The notes under the pieces were generated by a model. That model was not told where the DNA came from. It did no database searches and saw only the letters and a program-made list of their open reading frames with translations. Position numbers and translations under genes: made by a program. DNA of 64,000 bases, from positions 2,232,001-2,296,000 of the forward strand of contig NW_027590120.1 of the NCBI RefSeq assembly GCF_964213995.1. The letters run 5' to 3'. How positions within the stretch are numbered: position 1 is the first letter of the stretch; the number at the start of each line of letters is the position of its first letter. Shown here piece by piece: positions 48,158 to 60,049 of the stretch. The DNA comes from Mustelus asterias (taxonomy: Eukaryota).

Positions 48158-51100
48158 AAAAGAACAAAGAATAATACAGCACAGGAACAGGCCCTTCGGC
48201 CCTCCAAGCCCACGCCGCTCCCTGGTCTGAACTAGACCATTCCTTTGTATCCCTCCATTCCCACTCCATTCATGTGGCTATCTAGATAAGTCTGAAATGT
48301 TCCCAGTGTGTCCGCCTCCACCACCTTGCCTGGCATTCCAGGTCCCCATCACCCTCTGTGTAAAATACGTCCTTCTGATATCCGTGTTAAACCTCCCCCC
48401 CCCCCTCACCTTGAACCTATGACCCCTTGTGAATGTCACCACTGACCTGGGAAAAAGCTTCCCACCATTCACCCGATCTATGCCTTTCATAATTTTATAC
48501 ACCTCTATTAGGTCACCCCTCATCCTCCGTCTTTCCAGTGAGAACAACCCCAGTTTACCCAATCTCTCCTCATAACTAAGCCCCTCCATACCAGGCAACA
48601 TCCTGGTAAACCTCCTCTGCACTCTCTCTAAAGCCTCCACGTCCTTCTGGTAGTGTGGCGACCAGAACTGGGCGCAGTATTCCAAATGCGGCCGAACCAA
48701 CGTTCTATATAACTGCAACATCAGACCCCAACTTTTATACTCTATGCCCCGTCCTATAAAGGCAAGCATGCCATATGCCTTATTCACTACCTTCTCCACT
48801 TGTGACGTCACCTTCAAGGATCTGTGGACTTGCACACCTAGGTCCCTCTGCATATCTACACCCTTTATGGTTCTGCCATTTATCTTACAGCTCCCCCCTA
48901 CGTTAGTTCCTCCAAAATGCATCACTTCGCATTTATCTGGATTGAACTCCATCTGCCATTTCTTTGCCCAAATTTCCAGCCTAACTATATCCTTCTGTAG
49001 CCTCTGACAATGTTCCTCACTATCTGCAAGTCCAACCATTTTCGTGTCATCCGCAAACTTACTGATCACCCCAGTTACACCTTCTTCCAGATCATTTATA
49101 TAAATCACAAACAGCAGAGGTCCCAATACAGAGCCCTGCGGAATACCACTAGTCACAGGCATCAAGCCGGAAAAAGACCCTTCCACTACCACCCTCTGTC
49201 TTCTGTGACCGAGCCAGTTCTCCACCCATCTAGCCACCTCCCCCTTTATCCCATGAGATCCAACCTTTTGCACCAACCTACCATGAGAGACTTTGTCAAA
49301 TGCTTTACTAAAGCCCATACAGACGACATCCACGGCCCTTCCCTCATCAACCATTCTAGTCACTTCTTCAAAAAACTCCACCAGGTTAGTGAGCGATGAC
49401 CTCCCTCTCACAAAACCATGCTGACTATCATTAATGAGTTTATTCCTTTCTAAATGCGCATACATCCTATCTCTAAGAATCCTCTCCAACAACTTCCCCA
49501 CCACGGACGTCAAGCTCACCGGCCTATAATTTCCCGGGTTACCCTTCCTACCCTTCTTAAATAACGGGACCACATTAGCTATCCTCCAATCCTCTGGGAC
49601 CTCACCTGTGTCCACTGACGAGACAAAGATTTGCGTCAGAGGCCCAGCGATTTCATCTCTCGTCTCCCTGAGCAGCCTGGGATAGATTCCATCAGGCCCT
49701 GGGGATTTGTCAGTCATTATATTCCCTAAAAAACCTAACACTTCCTCCCTTGTAATGGAGATTTTCTCTAACGGGTCAACACTCCCCTCCGAGACACTCC
49801 CAGTCAACACATCCCTCTCCTTTGTGAATACCGATGCAAAGTATTCATTTAGGATCTCCCCTACTTCTTTGGGCTCTAAGCATAATTCCCCACTTTTGTC
49901 CCTGAGAGGTCCGATTTTTTCCCTGACAACCCTTTTGTTCCTAACGTATGAATAAAATGCCTTGGGATTCTCCTTAATCCTGTCTGCCAAGGACGTTTCG
50001 TGACCCCTTTTTGCCCTTCTAATTCCTCGTTTGAGTTCTTTCCTACTTTCTTTGTATTTCTCCAGAGCTCCCTCTGTTTTTAGCTGCCTGGATCTAACGT
50101 ACACCACTCTTTTCTTCATGACCAATCGCTCAATTTCCCTGGTTATCCACGGTTCTCGAATCCTACCCTTCCTATCCTTTTTTACAGGCACATGCCTATC
50201 CTGCAGCCCTAACAACTGTTCCTTAAAAGACTCCCACATGCCAGATGTGGATTTACCCTCAAACAGCCTCTCCCAATCAACATCTGCCAAATTCTGCCTA
50301 ATCCCACTAAAGTTAGCCTTCCCCCAATCCAACAACTTACCCTTGGGACACCACTCATCCTTTTCCATCTCTCTCCTAAAGCTAACAGAATTGTGGTCAC
50401 TATTTGCCACATGTTCCCCTACCGAAACTTTGAAGACCTGACCAGGCTCATTCCCCAGTACCAGGTCCAGTATAGCCCCCTCTCTCGTCGGGCTATCTAC
50501 ATATTGTTCCAAAGAACCTGTACGCATTTTACAAATGCCTCCCCATTCTGACTCCCAGCCCTACGCGATTTCCAGTCTATACCAGGGAAATTGAAGTCTC
50601 CCACTACAGCAACCCTATTTTTCCTGCACCTATCCATTATCTCCTGACATATCCGTTCTTCCACTTCCTTTGGGCTGTTGGGGGGCCTGTAGTATACCCC
50701 CAACATAGTGACTGCGCCCTTCCTGTTTCTGAGCTCCACCCACAGTGACTCATTACACGACCCCTCTGAATTGTCCTCCCTCTGCACCACTGTAATATGC
50801 TCTCTAACTAATACTGCTACTCCCCCACCTCTTTTGGCCCCTCCACTGTCTCACCTAAAACACTTGTACCCCAGAATATTCAGCTGCCAGTCCTGTCCCT
50901 CTTTCAACCAAGTCTCTGTCACCGCAACCACATCCAAATTCCTCGTAAGCATTAAGGCCCTAAGTTCGTCTGTCTTACATGCGACGCTCCTTGCATTGAA
51001 GTAGATGCACTCCAGACCTCCAGGCCCAGTGAGGTCATCCTCCCCCAGAGTGCCCTTCTTCTTTGCCAGCCTTGTCCTGGCCCCAAGCTCGTCCCCAGCC

Positions 51101-51190
51101 TCTACACTTGTAGACCTAATTTTTTGATCCCCACCCCCCTGCCATATTTGTTTAAACCCACCCGAACTGCACTAGCAAAACTCCCAGCCA
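48158..51190 (-). mobile_element. CR1 LINE with essentially the whole ORF2 (APE + RT), 2-3 frameshifts
   Basis: CIYFNARS (~51010), GVYYRPPNS, GDFNFP, 749-aa ORF 48278-50527 with the RT motifs; 3' tail at ~48160. Confidence 0.95.
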
Positions 51191-53537
51191 GTCTCGCACG
51201 CTATCTTCCTGGCTCACCGGTCTAATCGAGCGGCGAGTCGAGCCGGTAAGATCGCCCCCTGTATCTTTCTTTCACACTCAGACTGAACAATCAGCCTTAT
51301 TCTTGAGGCAGATTTCACAGAATATAATGTCCTCTCGCTGATCAAAATGAAAGAAGAAATTCTTAGTTTAAACAATTCCTGCTCGCTACACAGATTCCAC
51401 AAGCATTGAGGTGAATACAGTGTGGTAACAACAAAATGACAACAATACAGTTCAGGAACAACACAAACTTAATTTAAACTTCATCTTTTTTTTGTTATAT
51501 TCCTCAACCTAATTGTTTTAATTTGATCAGTTTTTGTTAGGGATGGGTAACTTCTGTTCTTTATAAACTGGTTCACTCATTTTGTTTATTCTACATGGGC
51601 TCGGAGAATCAGAACCCAGACTTTATCATCCTTATCCTTTTTCTCCTTCTGCCACCACTCCCTCTGTTTTGCGGGAGGGTCGTGGGGATTCCAATCAGAC
51701 CGAATCATTTCATCATAAAAGTAAAACACTGCGGATTCTGGAATCTGAAAAAAAAACAAAAAATGATGGAAAGTCTCAACAGGTCTGACAGTATCTGTGG
51801 AGAGAGAATAGAGCCAATGTTTCGAGTCTGGATGTCCCTTCATAAGAGCTCTTCTGAAGTGTCATCCAGACTCAAAACGTTGGCTCTATTCTCTTATCAT
51901 TGTATCGATAAGTTTCTTGTTCTTAGTTTCCAAATGGCAGGTAAGAGACCTGTCCGGTCCCCACTCGAGCTCTGATTTTTTCACTGGCCATGCTTGGGTC
52001 GGATTATAACCATTAGAAGCTACGCTCAGAGGTCCACTTTTCAATCCAGTGCTACTTGGAGTATACTGAAGTGACATTATCGGGTCACACATTTATGATA
52101 AAATAATTTAAATAATGCCTGAGAACGCTTCTTAACCAACTACCTATCACCGTGTGTTGATTGGTCAGACCCACTTTTTACAGATTCGGTTATCTCAGCC
52201 GCTGAACACCAGCCGGTCCTGGAATAAGTTTAATTCTAACCCATTCTGAGTAAATATTCTCACCAGGTCCTCTGTTGGGGCCCTGCTAAGCAGCTTTAAT
52301 GGTCCGTGATTGCAGAAACTGAGCAGTCACAGGAATGTGGTCAAGATAGTCCAGTCCCATAATGCCTCACATTCAATCTGCTGTCCTTCAATTATAACAC
52401 AATATGTGGCTGTATGTAGCTGCCTCGGCCGTGGTCAACCCCAACACTGCCTTCCTGAACTGCTACAATGCCTGAGGTGTAAGCACACCCACAGTGCTGT
52501 TAGGGAGGTATTTCCAGCTACACATTCCAGACTTTCACTCGACTGTAGGTGGATACGAGATTGATATATTCTATTCAACCACACCCAAGGTGAGTTCTTC
52601 CCATTTCTTTATTGTCCAGGAAAGTATATTCACAACATCTTGAAAACAGAAATTAAACATTCCCATTTGATTTCAGGTATTAACATATTCTGTTAGTTTG
52701 TTCTTTATTGTCGATGTCAGGCTGGGGTTGTTCCTCTTGGAGCAAAGGAGGTTGAGGTGAGATTTGATAGAGGTGGACAAGATTCTGACAGGTTTAGATA
52801 AGGTGGACAAAGAAAAGCTGTTCCCATTAGTTGATGGAACAAGGATGAGGGGGACGCAGATTTTGGTTCAGAGATGCAGGGGGGGATGTGAGGAAGAATA
52901 TTTTGATGCAGCGAATGGTAATGACCTGGAACTCGCTGCCTACGAGGGTGGAGGAAGTGGAGACAATAAACAATTACAAAGGAAATTGGATGAGCATTTG
53001 GGGGGTTTCAAACAGAAATGCTGACTAAATATCTCTTAACTTCCAGCCTGGGCTCGATTCCCAGCTTGGGTCACCTCTGTGTGGAGTTTCCACATTCTCA
53101 TCGTGTCTGCATGTGTTTCCTCCGGGTGCTCCGGTTTCCTCCCACAGTCCAAAGATGTGCAGGTTAGGTGGATTGGCCATGCTAAATTGCCTCTTAGTAT
53201 CAGGGGGGCCAGCTAAGGTAAATGCATGGGGTTATGGGGATAGGGCCTGGGTGGGATTGTGGGCTGTGCAGTCAATGGGCTGAATGGCCTCCTTCTGCAC
53301 CGTAGGGATTCTTTGATTCTTTACACTCTGTTACCATTGTGAAATCTGAAACCAGGTATTCGCAACAAGACTCAGAGGGTATCAGTCCACTGGAGGCAAA
53401 GTCATGAGACTGGTCGGTCCAGCAGAAAGAAACCCTCCGACCCTTCCCATTGACCAACTGTGAGAATGAACAAAACGCAGTCCTGGATGTAATTGAGAGC
53501 AGAAACAATAACAGCAGAATCCAACCCCGAATATCAT

Positions 53538-54500
53538 TCATGAACGTGTTGGTGTCTCAGCAGGGCAAATGAAGCTCTGAATCCCTTCCCACACTGAGAG
53601 CAGGTGAACGGCCTCTCTCCAATGTGAACTCGCTGGTGTCTCAGCAGGTGGGATGAAACTCTGAATCCCTTCCCACACTGAGAGCAGGTAAAGGGCCTCT
53701 CCCCAGTGTGAAGTCGATGGTGTGCCAGCTGGGTGGATAACCGAGTGAATCCCTCCCCACACTGAGAGCAGGTTGCGAATACCTGTTTTTAAATTTCACA
53801 AGGATCACAGAGTGACCGGGTGTTAGGAATCATAGAATCCCCACAGTGCAGAAGCAGGCCATTCGGCCCATTGACTCTGCACAGACCACAATCCCACCCA
53901 GGCCCTATCCCCATAACCCCATGCATTTACCTTAGTTGGTCCCCCTAACACTAAGGTGCAATTTAGCATGGCCAATCCACCTAACCTGGTTTCTCCCCAG
54001 TGTGAATTCGCTGATGTGTCTGCAGGTCGGATGAGTGAGTGAATTCCTTCTCACACACAGAGCAGGTGAACGGTCTCTCCCCGGTGTGAACTCGCTGGTG
54101 TCTCTGCAGACTGGATGAGTGAGTGAATTCCTTCCCACACACAGAGCAGGTGAACGGTCTCTCCCCAGTGTGACTGCGTCGATGAGTTTCCAGATCAGAT
54201 GAGACTTTGAATCCTTTCCCGTAGTCCCCACGGTTTCTCCATGGTGCGGGTGTCCTTGTGACTCTACAAGTTAAACAATCAGTTAAATCTCACACAGAAC
54301 AGTCTCTCCCACTGTGAATGCTGCGATGTATTTTCAGGCTGTGTAACTGGTGAAAGCTCTTTCCACACTCAGTGCACTGGAACACTCTCACTCGAGGGTG
54401 TGTTTATGTGTCTCGGTGTTTTTCCAGCCACACTGATGTTTAAAGTCTTTTGAAGCAGAAAGAATATGGAAACATTTCTCCTTCTCGAATCAAAGGTCGA
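53538..54500 (-). pseudogene. C2H2 zinc-finger pseudogene ZF-J
   Basis: MEKPW start (54242) then frameshift; 215-nt insertion at 53772-53987; decayed upstream fingers. Confidence 0.85.
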
Positions 54501-55632
54501 TAATATTCAGGTCTCGATTATATGATATATTATATTATATTATGATTATAGTATTCAGATTCTATGATTCCGATTTAAAAACAAATGAACTGTCTGCTGA
54601 AAGGGTTAACTTTTCTACAGAACCTAAAAGGGTGGGGAGTGAGCAGCAAAAACTTGGCACACAATTACTTCACTTTACACAAGTTTAAAACAAAACAAAT
54701 GATTTTAAACTTCATCTATTAATTTTTTGGGGGATATTCCTCAACTGATTTAATTTGATCAGTTTTTGTTAGGGATGGGTAACTTCTGTTCTTTATGAAC
54801 TGATTCACTCATTTTCTTAATTCCACATGGGCTCAGAGAATCAGAACCCAGACTCTATCATCCTTATCCTTTTTCTCCCTTTGCCACCACTCCCTCTGTT
54901 TTGCGGGAGGGTCGTGGGGATTCCAATCAGAACTAATCATTTTATCATAAAAGTAAAATACTGCGGATGCTGGAGTCTGAAACAAAAACAGAAAATGCTG
55001 GAAAATCTCAGCAGGTCTGACAGTATCTGTGGAGAGAGAATAGAGCCAATGTTTCGAGTCTGGATGTCCCTTTATAAGAGCTCTTATGAAGTGTCATCCA
55101 GACTCGAAAGATTGGCTCTATTCTCTAATCATTTTAGTCGATAAGTTTCTTGTTCTTAGTTTCCAAATGGCAGGTAAGAGACCTGTCCAGTCCCCACTCT
55201 GATTTTTCACTGGCCATGCTTGGGTAAGATTATAATCATTAGAATCTACTCTCAGAGGTCTGCTTTTCAGTCCAGTGCTACTTGGAGTATACCGTCACTT
55301 CACCAACTATCAGGTCACAAGTCCCTCACAGTTCTTATCACAAATTTATGATAAAATAATTTAAACATGCCTGAGAACGCTTCTTAACTTCTTAGTCAGC
55401 TACCTACCCCCGTTTGTTGATTAGTCAGAGCCCATTTTTACAGATTCCAGGTTTCTCAGCTGCTGAACATCAGCCGGTCCTGCAATAATTTCATAGAATC
55501 TCTACAGTGCAGAAGGAGGCCATTCAGCCCATCAAGTCTGCACCAATCACAATCCCACCGACCCTATCCCCATAGCCCCATGCATTTACCCTAGCTCGTC
55601 CCCCTGACACGATGGGGCAATTTAGCATGGCC

Positions 55633-56155
55633 AAGGATATATTGGCATTGGAGGGAGTGCAGAGAAGGTTCACCAGGTTGATACCGGAGATGAGGGGTTT
55701 GGATTATGAGGAGAGGCTGAGGAGATTGGGTTTGTACTCGTTGGAGTTTAGAAGGATGAGGGGGGATCTTATGGAGACTTATAAGATAATGCGGGGGCTG
55801 GATAGGGTGGAGGCGGAGAGATTCTTTCCACTTAGTAAGGAAGTTAAAACTAGAGGACACAGCCTCAAAATAAAGGGGGGTCGGTTTAAGACAGAGTTGA
55901 GGAGGAACTTCTTCTCCCAGAGGGTGGTGAATCTCTGGAATTCTCTGCCCACTGAGGTGGTGGAGGCTACCTTGCTGAATATGTTTAAAGCGCGGATGGA
56001 TGGATTCCTGATCGGTAAGGGAATTAAGGGTTATGGGGATCAGGCGGGTAAGTGGTACTGATCCACGTCAGATCAGCCATGATCTTATTGAATGGCGGGG
56101 CAGGCTCGAGGGGCTAGATGGCCTACTCCTGCTCCTATTTCTTATGTTCTTATGT
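55633..56155 (+). mobile_element. Young CR1 3' fragment splitting an HE1 SINE (55492-55632 + 56156-56337)
   Basis: Open frame KDILALEGVQRRFTRLIP...WNSLP; caa duplicated at the ends. Confidence 0.92.
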
Positions 56156-57429
56156 TCAATCCACCTAACCCACACTTCTTTGTACTGTGGGAGGAAACCG
56201 GAGCACCCGGAGGAAACCCACGCAGACACGGGGAGAATGTGCAAACTCCACACAGACAGTGACCCAAGCAGGAAATCAAACCCAGGTCCCTGGCGCTGTG
56301 AGGCAGCAGTGCTAACCACTGTACCACCGTGCTGCCCCAGTTTAATTCTAACTCACTCTGAGTAAATATTCTCACCAGGTCCTCTGTTGGGGCCCTGCTA
56401 AGCAGCTTTAATGGTCCGTGATTGCAGAAACTGAGCAGTCACAGGAATGTGGTCAAGATAGTCCAGTCCCATAATGCCTCATGTTCAATCTGCAGTCCTT
56501 CAATTATAACAGAATATGTGGCTGTATGTAGCTGCCTCGGCCGTGGTCAACCCCAACACTGCCTCCTTGAACTGTTACAATGCCTGAGGTGTAAGTACAC
56601 CCACAGTGCTGTTAGGGAGGGATTTCCAGCTACACATTCCAGACTTTCACTAGACTGTAGGTGGATACCAGATTGATATATTCCATTCAACCACACCCAA
56701 GGTGAGTTATTCCAATTCCTTTATTGTCCAGGACAATATATTTACAATATCTTTAAAACAGAAATTAGACATTCCCATTTGAATTCAGATATTAACATAT
56801 TCTGTTAGTTTGTTCTTTATTGTCAATGACAGGCTGGGGTTGTTTCCCTTGGAGCAAAGGAGGTTGAGGGGAGATTTGATAGAGGTGGACAAGATTCTGA
56901 CAGGTTTAGATAAGGTGGACAAAGAAAAGCTGTTTCCATTAGCTGATGGGACAAGGACGAGGGGGACACAGATTTAAGGTTTTGGGTCAGAGATGCAGGG
57001 GGGACGTGAGGAAGAATATTTTGATGCAGCGAATGGTAATGACCTGGAACTCGCTGCCTACGAGGGTGGAGGAAGTGGAGACAATAAACAATTACAAAGG
57101 AAATTGGATGGGCATTGGGAGGTTTCAAACAGAAATAGTGACTCTGAATTTCCTCACACCCTGTCACTCTGTGATCCGTGTGAAATTTGAAACCAGGTAT
57201 TCGCAACAAGACTCAAAGAGCATCAGCCCACTGGAGGCAAAGTCATGAGACCGGCCAGTCCAGCAGAAAGAAACCCTCCGACCCTCCCCATTGACCAACT
57301 GTGAGAATGAACAAAATGCAGTCCTGGATGTAATTGAGAGCAGAAACAATAACAGCAGAATCCAACCCCTGGAATCACTCATGAACTTGTTGGTGTCTCA
57401 GCAGGTGGGATGAAAGACTGGATCTCTTC

Positions 57430-57963
57430 TCACTGAGAGCAGGTGAACGGTCTCTCCCCAATGTGAATTCGCTGGTGTGTCAGCAGGCTGGATGAATCAC
57501 AGAATCCCTTCCCACACTGAGAGCAGGTGAATGGCCTCTCCCCAGTGTGAACTCGCTGGTGTATCTGCAGGTGGGATGAATCACAGAAACCCTTCCCACA
57601 CTGAGAGCAGGTAAAGGGCCTCTCCCCAGTGTGAACTCGTTGGTGTTTCCGCAGGTTGGAAGACTGAGTGAATCTCTTCCCACACTGAGAGCAGGTGAAC
57701 GGCCTCTCCCCAGTGTGAATGCGCTCATGGACCGGCAGGTCGGAAGATCGAGTGAATCCCTCCCCACACTGAGAACACGTGAATGGCCTCTCCCCAGTGT
57801 GAACTCGCTGGTGTTTCTGCAGGCTGGATGACTCAGTGAATCCCTTCCCACACTGAGAGCAGATGAACGGCCTCTGCCCAGTGTGGCTGCGCCGATGAGC
57901 TTCCAGCTGAGATGGGTATCTGTATCTCTTGCCACAGTCCCCACATTTCCATGGTTTCTCCAT
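57430..57963 (-). CDS. C2H2 zinc-finger protein ZF-K (177 aa, 6 fingers; 7th finger lost to a 2-nt deletion)
   Basis: [14 protein letters not shown]...[11 protein letters not shown]; the out-of-frame remainder continues to ~57377. Confidence 0.75.
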   Translation of the reverse strand: MEKPWKCGDCGKRYRYPSQLEAHRRSHTGQRPFICSQCGKGFTESSSLQKHQRVHTGERPFTCSQCGEGFTRSSDLPVHERIHTGERPFTCSQCGKRFTQSSNLRKHQRVHTGERPFTCSQCGKGFCDSSHLQIHQRVHTGERPFTCSQCGKGFCDSSSLLTHQRIHIGERPFTCSQ

Positions 57964-58624
57964 GGTGCAGGTGTCCCTCTGAGGGAAGAGATGTCTGGAA
58001 ATATATAACGTAGCTACAGCTCCATATTACAAGATATTCAGATCCCAAGGAATATGACTCTTGCCTGTGATTCCTCGTTCAAAATCCTGTGAAATGAGTT
58101 TGCAAAAGTCATCACAGTCAGTATAGGATAGAAATTCAGAGCAGACAATTCTAGTTTCTATGGAACATTCTTTCCTATTTCATTCCCAAAAAGTTGTAAA
58201 TCTCCATCCATATCTATGGATTCTATTTACAAATGAAAGTGGATGGGCACTTGAAGGAAATAAACTTTCAGGAGAATGGGGATATCGAGTGGGAATGGGA
58301 CTGGAATTTTATACAGAGAGTCAGCCTGGATTCGAGTTACCGAATGGATTCCTTCTGTGCTGTAATGACTTTATGACTGGAAGTGTATAACATCGCTACA
58401 GCATTATATTACAATGCAAGAAATAATAATTAATGTATTTTATTACAGAAACATAAATAATATATCTAATCTGGGTACCATATAATAACACTAGACATAT
58501 CTCTGTCCTATATTACTTTACTGTCTCCTTAAATGTCAGCCATCTCCTGGGGAAAGCTGCCCTTTAATGTGAACATGAGGAAAAAGACCATCCTTTTCGA
58601 CAGACAAATAAATGTGTCAAGCTG

Positions 58625-59120
58625 AGGGAGCAAAGGATGTTCACCAGGCTGATTCAGGGAATCGCGGAACTGATGTATGAGGAGAGAGTGACGAGGTTAA
58701 GATTGTTTTCGTTGGAGTTCAGATGAATGAGGGGGGAATCTCATAGAGACTTATAAAATTCTAACAGGTCGAGACAGGATAGATGCAGGGAGGATGTTCC
58801 CGATGGAGTCCAGAACCGGGGGGGTCACAGTCTGAGGATTCAGGGCAGACCATTTAGGACGGAGGTGAGGAGACATTTCTTCACCCAAAGAGTGGTGAGT
58901 CTGTGGAATTTATTACCACAGGAAGTAGTCGATGCCAAAACATTGAATGTATTCAAGAGGCGGCTGGATAAAGCACTTGGGGCAAATGGGATCACAGGTA
59001 ATGGGGAAAAAGCAGGATTAGGCGACTGAGTTGGATGATCAGCCATGATCGTAATGAATGGCGGAGGAGGCTCGAAGGGCCAAATGGCCTCCTCCTGCTC
59101 CTATCTTCTATGTTTCTATA
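58625..59120 (+). mobile_element. Older CR1 3' fragment
   Basis: ttcaccaggctgatt...ttcttcacccaaagagtggtgagtctgtggaat...; tail ttctatgtttctat. Confidence 0.85.
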
Positions 59121-59329
59121 TCAATGTCTTTAAGAGAGAGAGAGAGACCTGGGCCAACCTTCCCTGAGTCTGCACCCTCCCTGGATTCACTTCCTTTCCC
59201 TTCAGTTGCTACAAGTCCCCAATTTCCCCCAGAACGAGAAAAGAAACTCACAGATGTTGGCCTCTTTTAGGTCAAACTCACAGATGTGGCCGACAGGAGA
59301 AAGTTTGACTCTCTCTGAAACTCCATCTT

Positions 59330-59720
59330 CATTCACACAAGGCCCGCGCTCTCAATGGCTGGAGGACCAGAGTCCTTCCGGTCCTCCAACTCTTCCTATT
59401 GGCCAGAGCTGGTAAGGGGCCGTGAATCAAAGGTGCGCATGTGCGGGTTTTGGGGGGAATGCGCATGTGCGGGTGTGGGTCGGGGGCCGGGACAGAGCCG
59501 GCGCACTGACCATTGTCTGTCCGGGTCTTCCAGCCTTTCCCATTGGACAACAGCTCAGCGCGGCTGGAGGACAAAATCCCGCCCACCCCCACGTGGGGCT
59601 CCGCCCCTCATTGTCTGTCAGCGGGGGATTGACCAATGGAAACTCTGGAGGACCGGATTTTCTCTGGTCCTCCAGCCAATCAGAGCTCCCCATTGTCTGA
59701 ATGCGGAAGTTGCACAATGA
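59330..59720. promoter_or_regulatory. Promoter module P7 (upstream of ZF-K, abutting the Tx1 5' end)
   Basis: tgcgcatgtgcg at 59434 and 59460, several ccaat/attgg boxes, GC boxes, gcggaagt at ~59703; ctggaggac unit repeated three times. Confidence 0.65.
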
Positions 59721-60049
59721 GCTTGTTCAGCTGCTCATTCCTGCCCAGCAAAGCTGCTGCTGCTTCTCTCGGTCTGAGTGAGAATTGAGCTTCAGGCGGC
59801 CTGAAACGTGCCTCCTCTGGGGCAGCGCCTGCACTTTGTTTCGGGGGTGGGGTGAGTTCACGTTCGCCCGAGTAGCGGGGGGCCCCGGGTCGGAGCCGGG
59901 CGGAAACTGTGGGTTTGTTTTCTTTTCTTTTTTTGTGAGTACCTTTATTTTTTTTTTCTCTCGTTTTTGCTCACGGAGACGCCCGGTTTTTGTTTTGTTG
60001 GGTTTGTTTGTTTTTCGCTCCCTGCGGGGAGGAAGGAGGGAGGTGAGCT

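Larger units (their letters stand above)
51470..58200. repeat. Tandem segmental duplication (copy 1 ~51470-54500 with ZF-J; copy 2 ~54700-58200 with ZF-K)
   Basis: Long colinear matches, e.g. 51520-52260 vs 54750-55490 and 52230-53540 vs 56340-57400, with copy-specific SINE/CR1 insertions. Confidence 0.9.

Noticed and set aside
59755-59790. U2 snRNA-like target (gcttctctcgg) at the Tx1 5' side
   Set aside because: The match is only a few bases and does not extend into U2 sequence.
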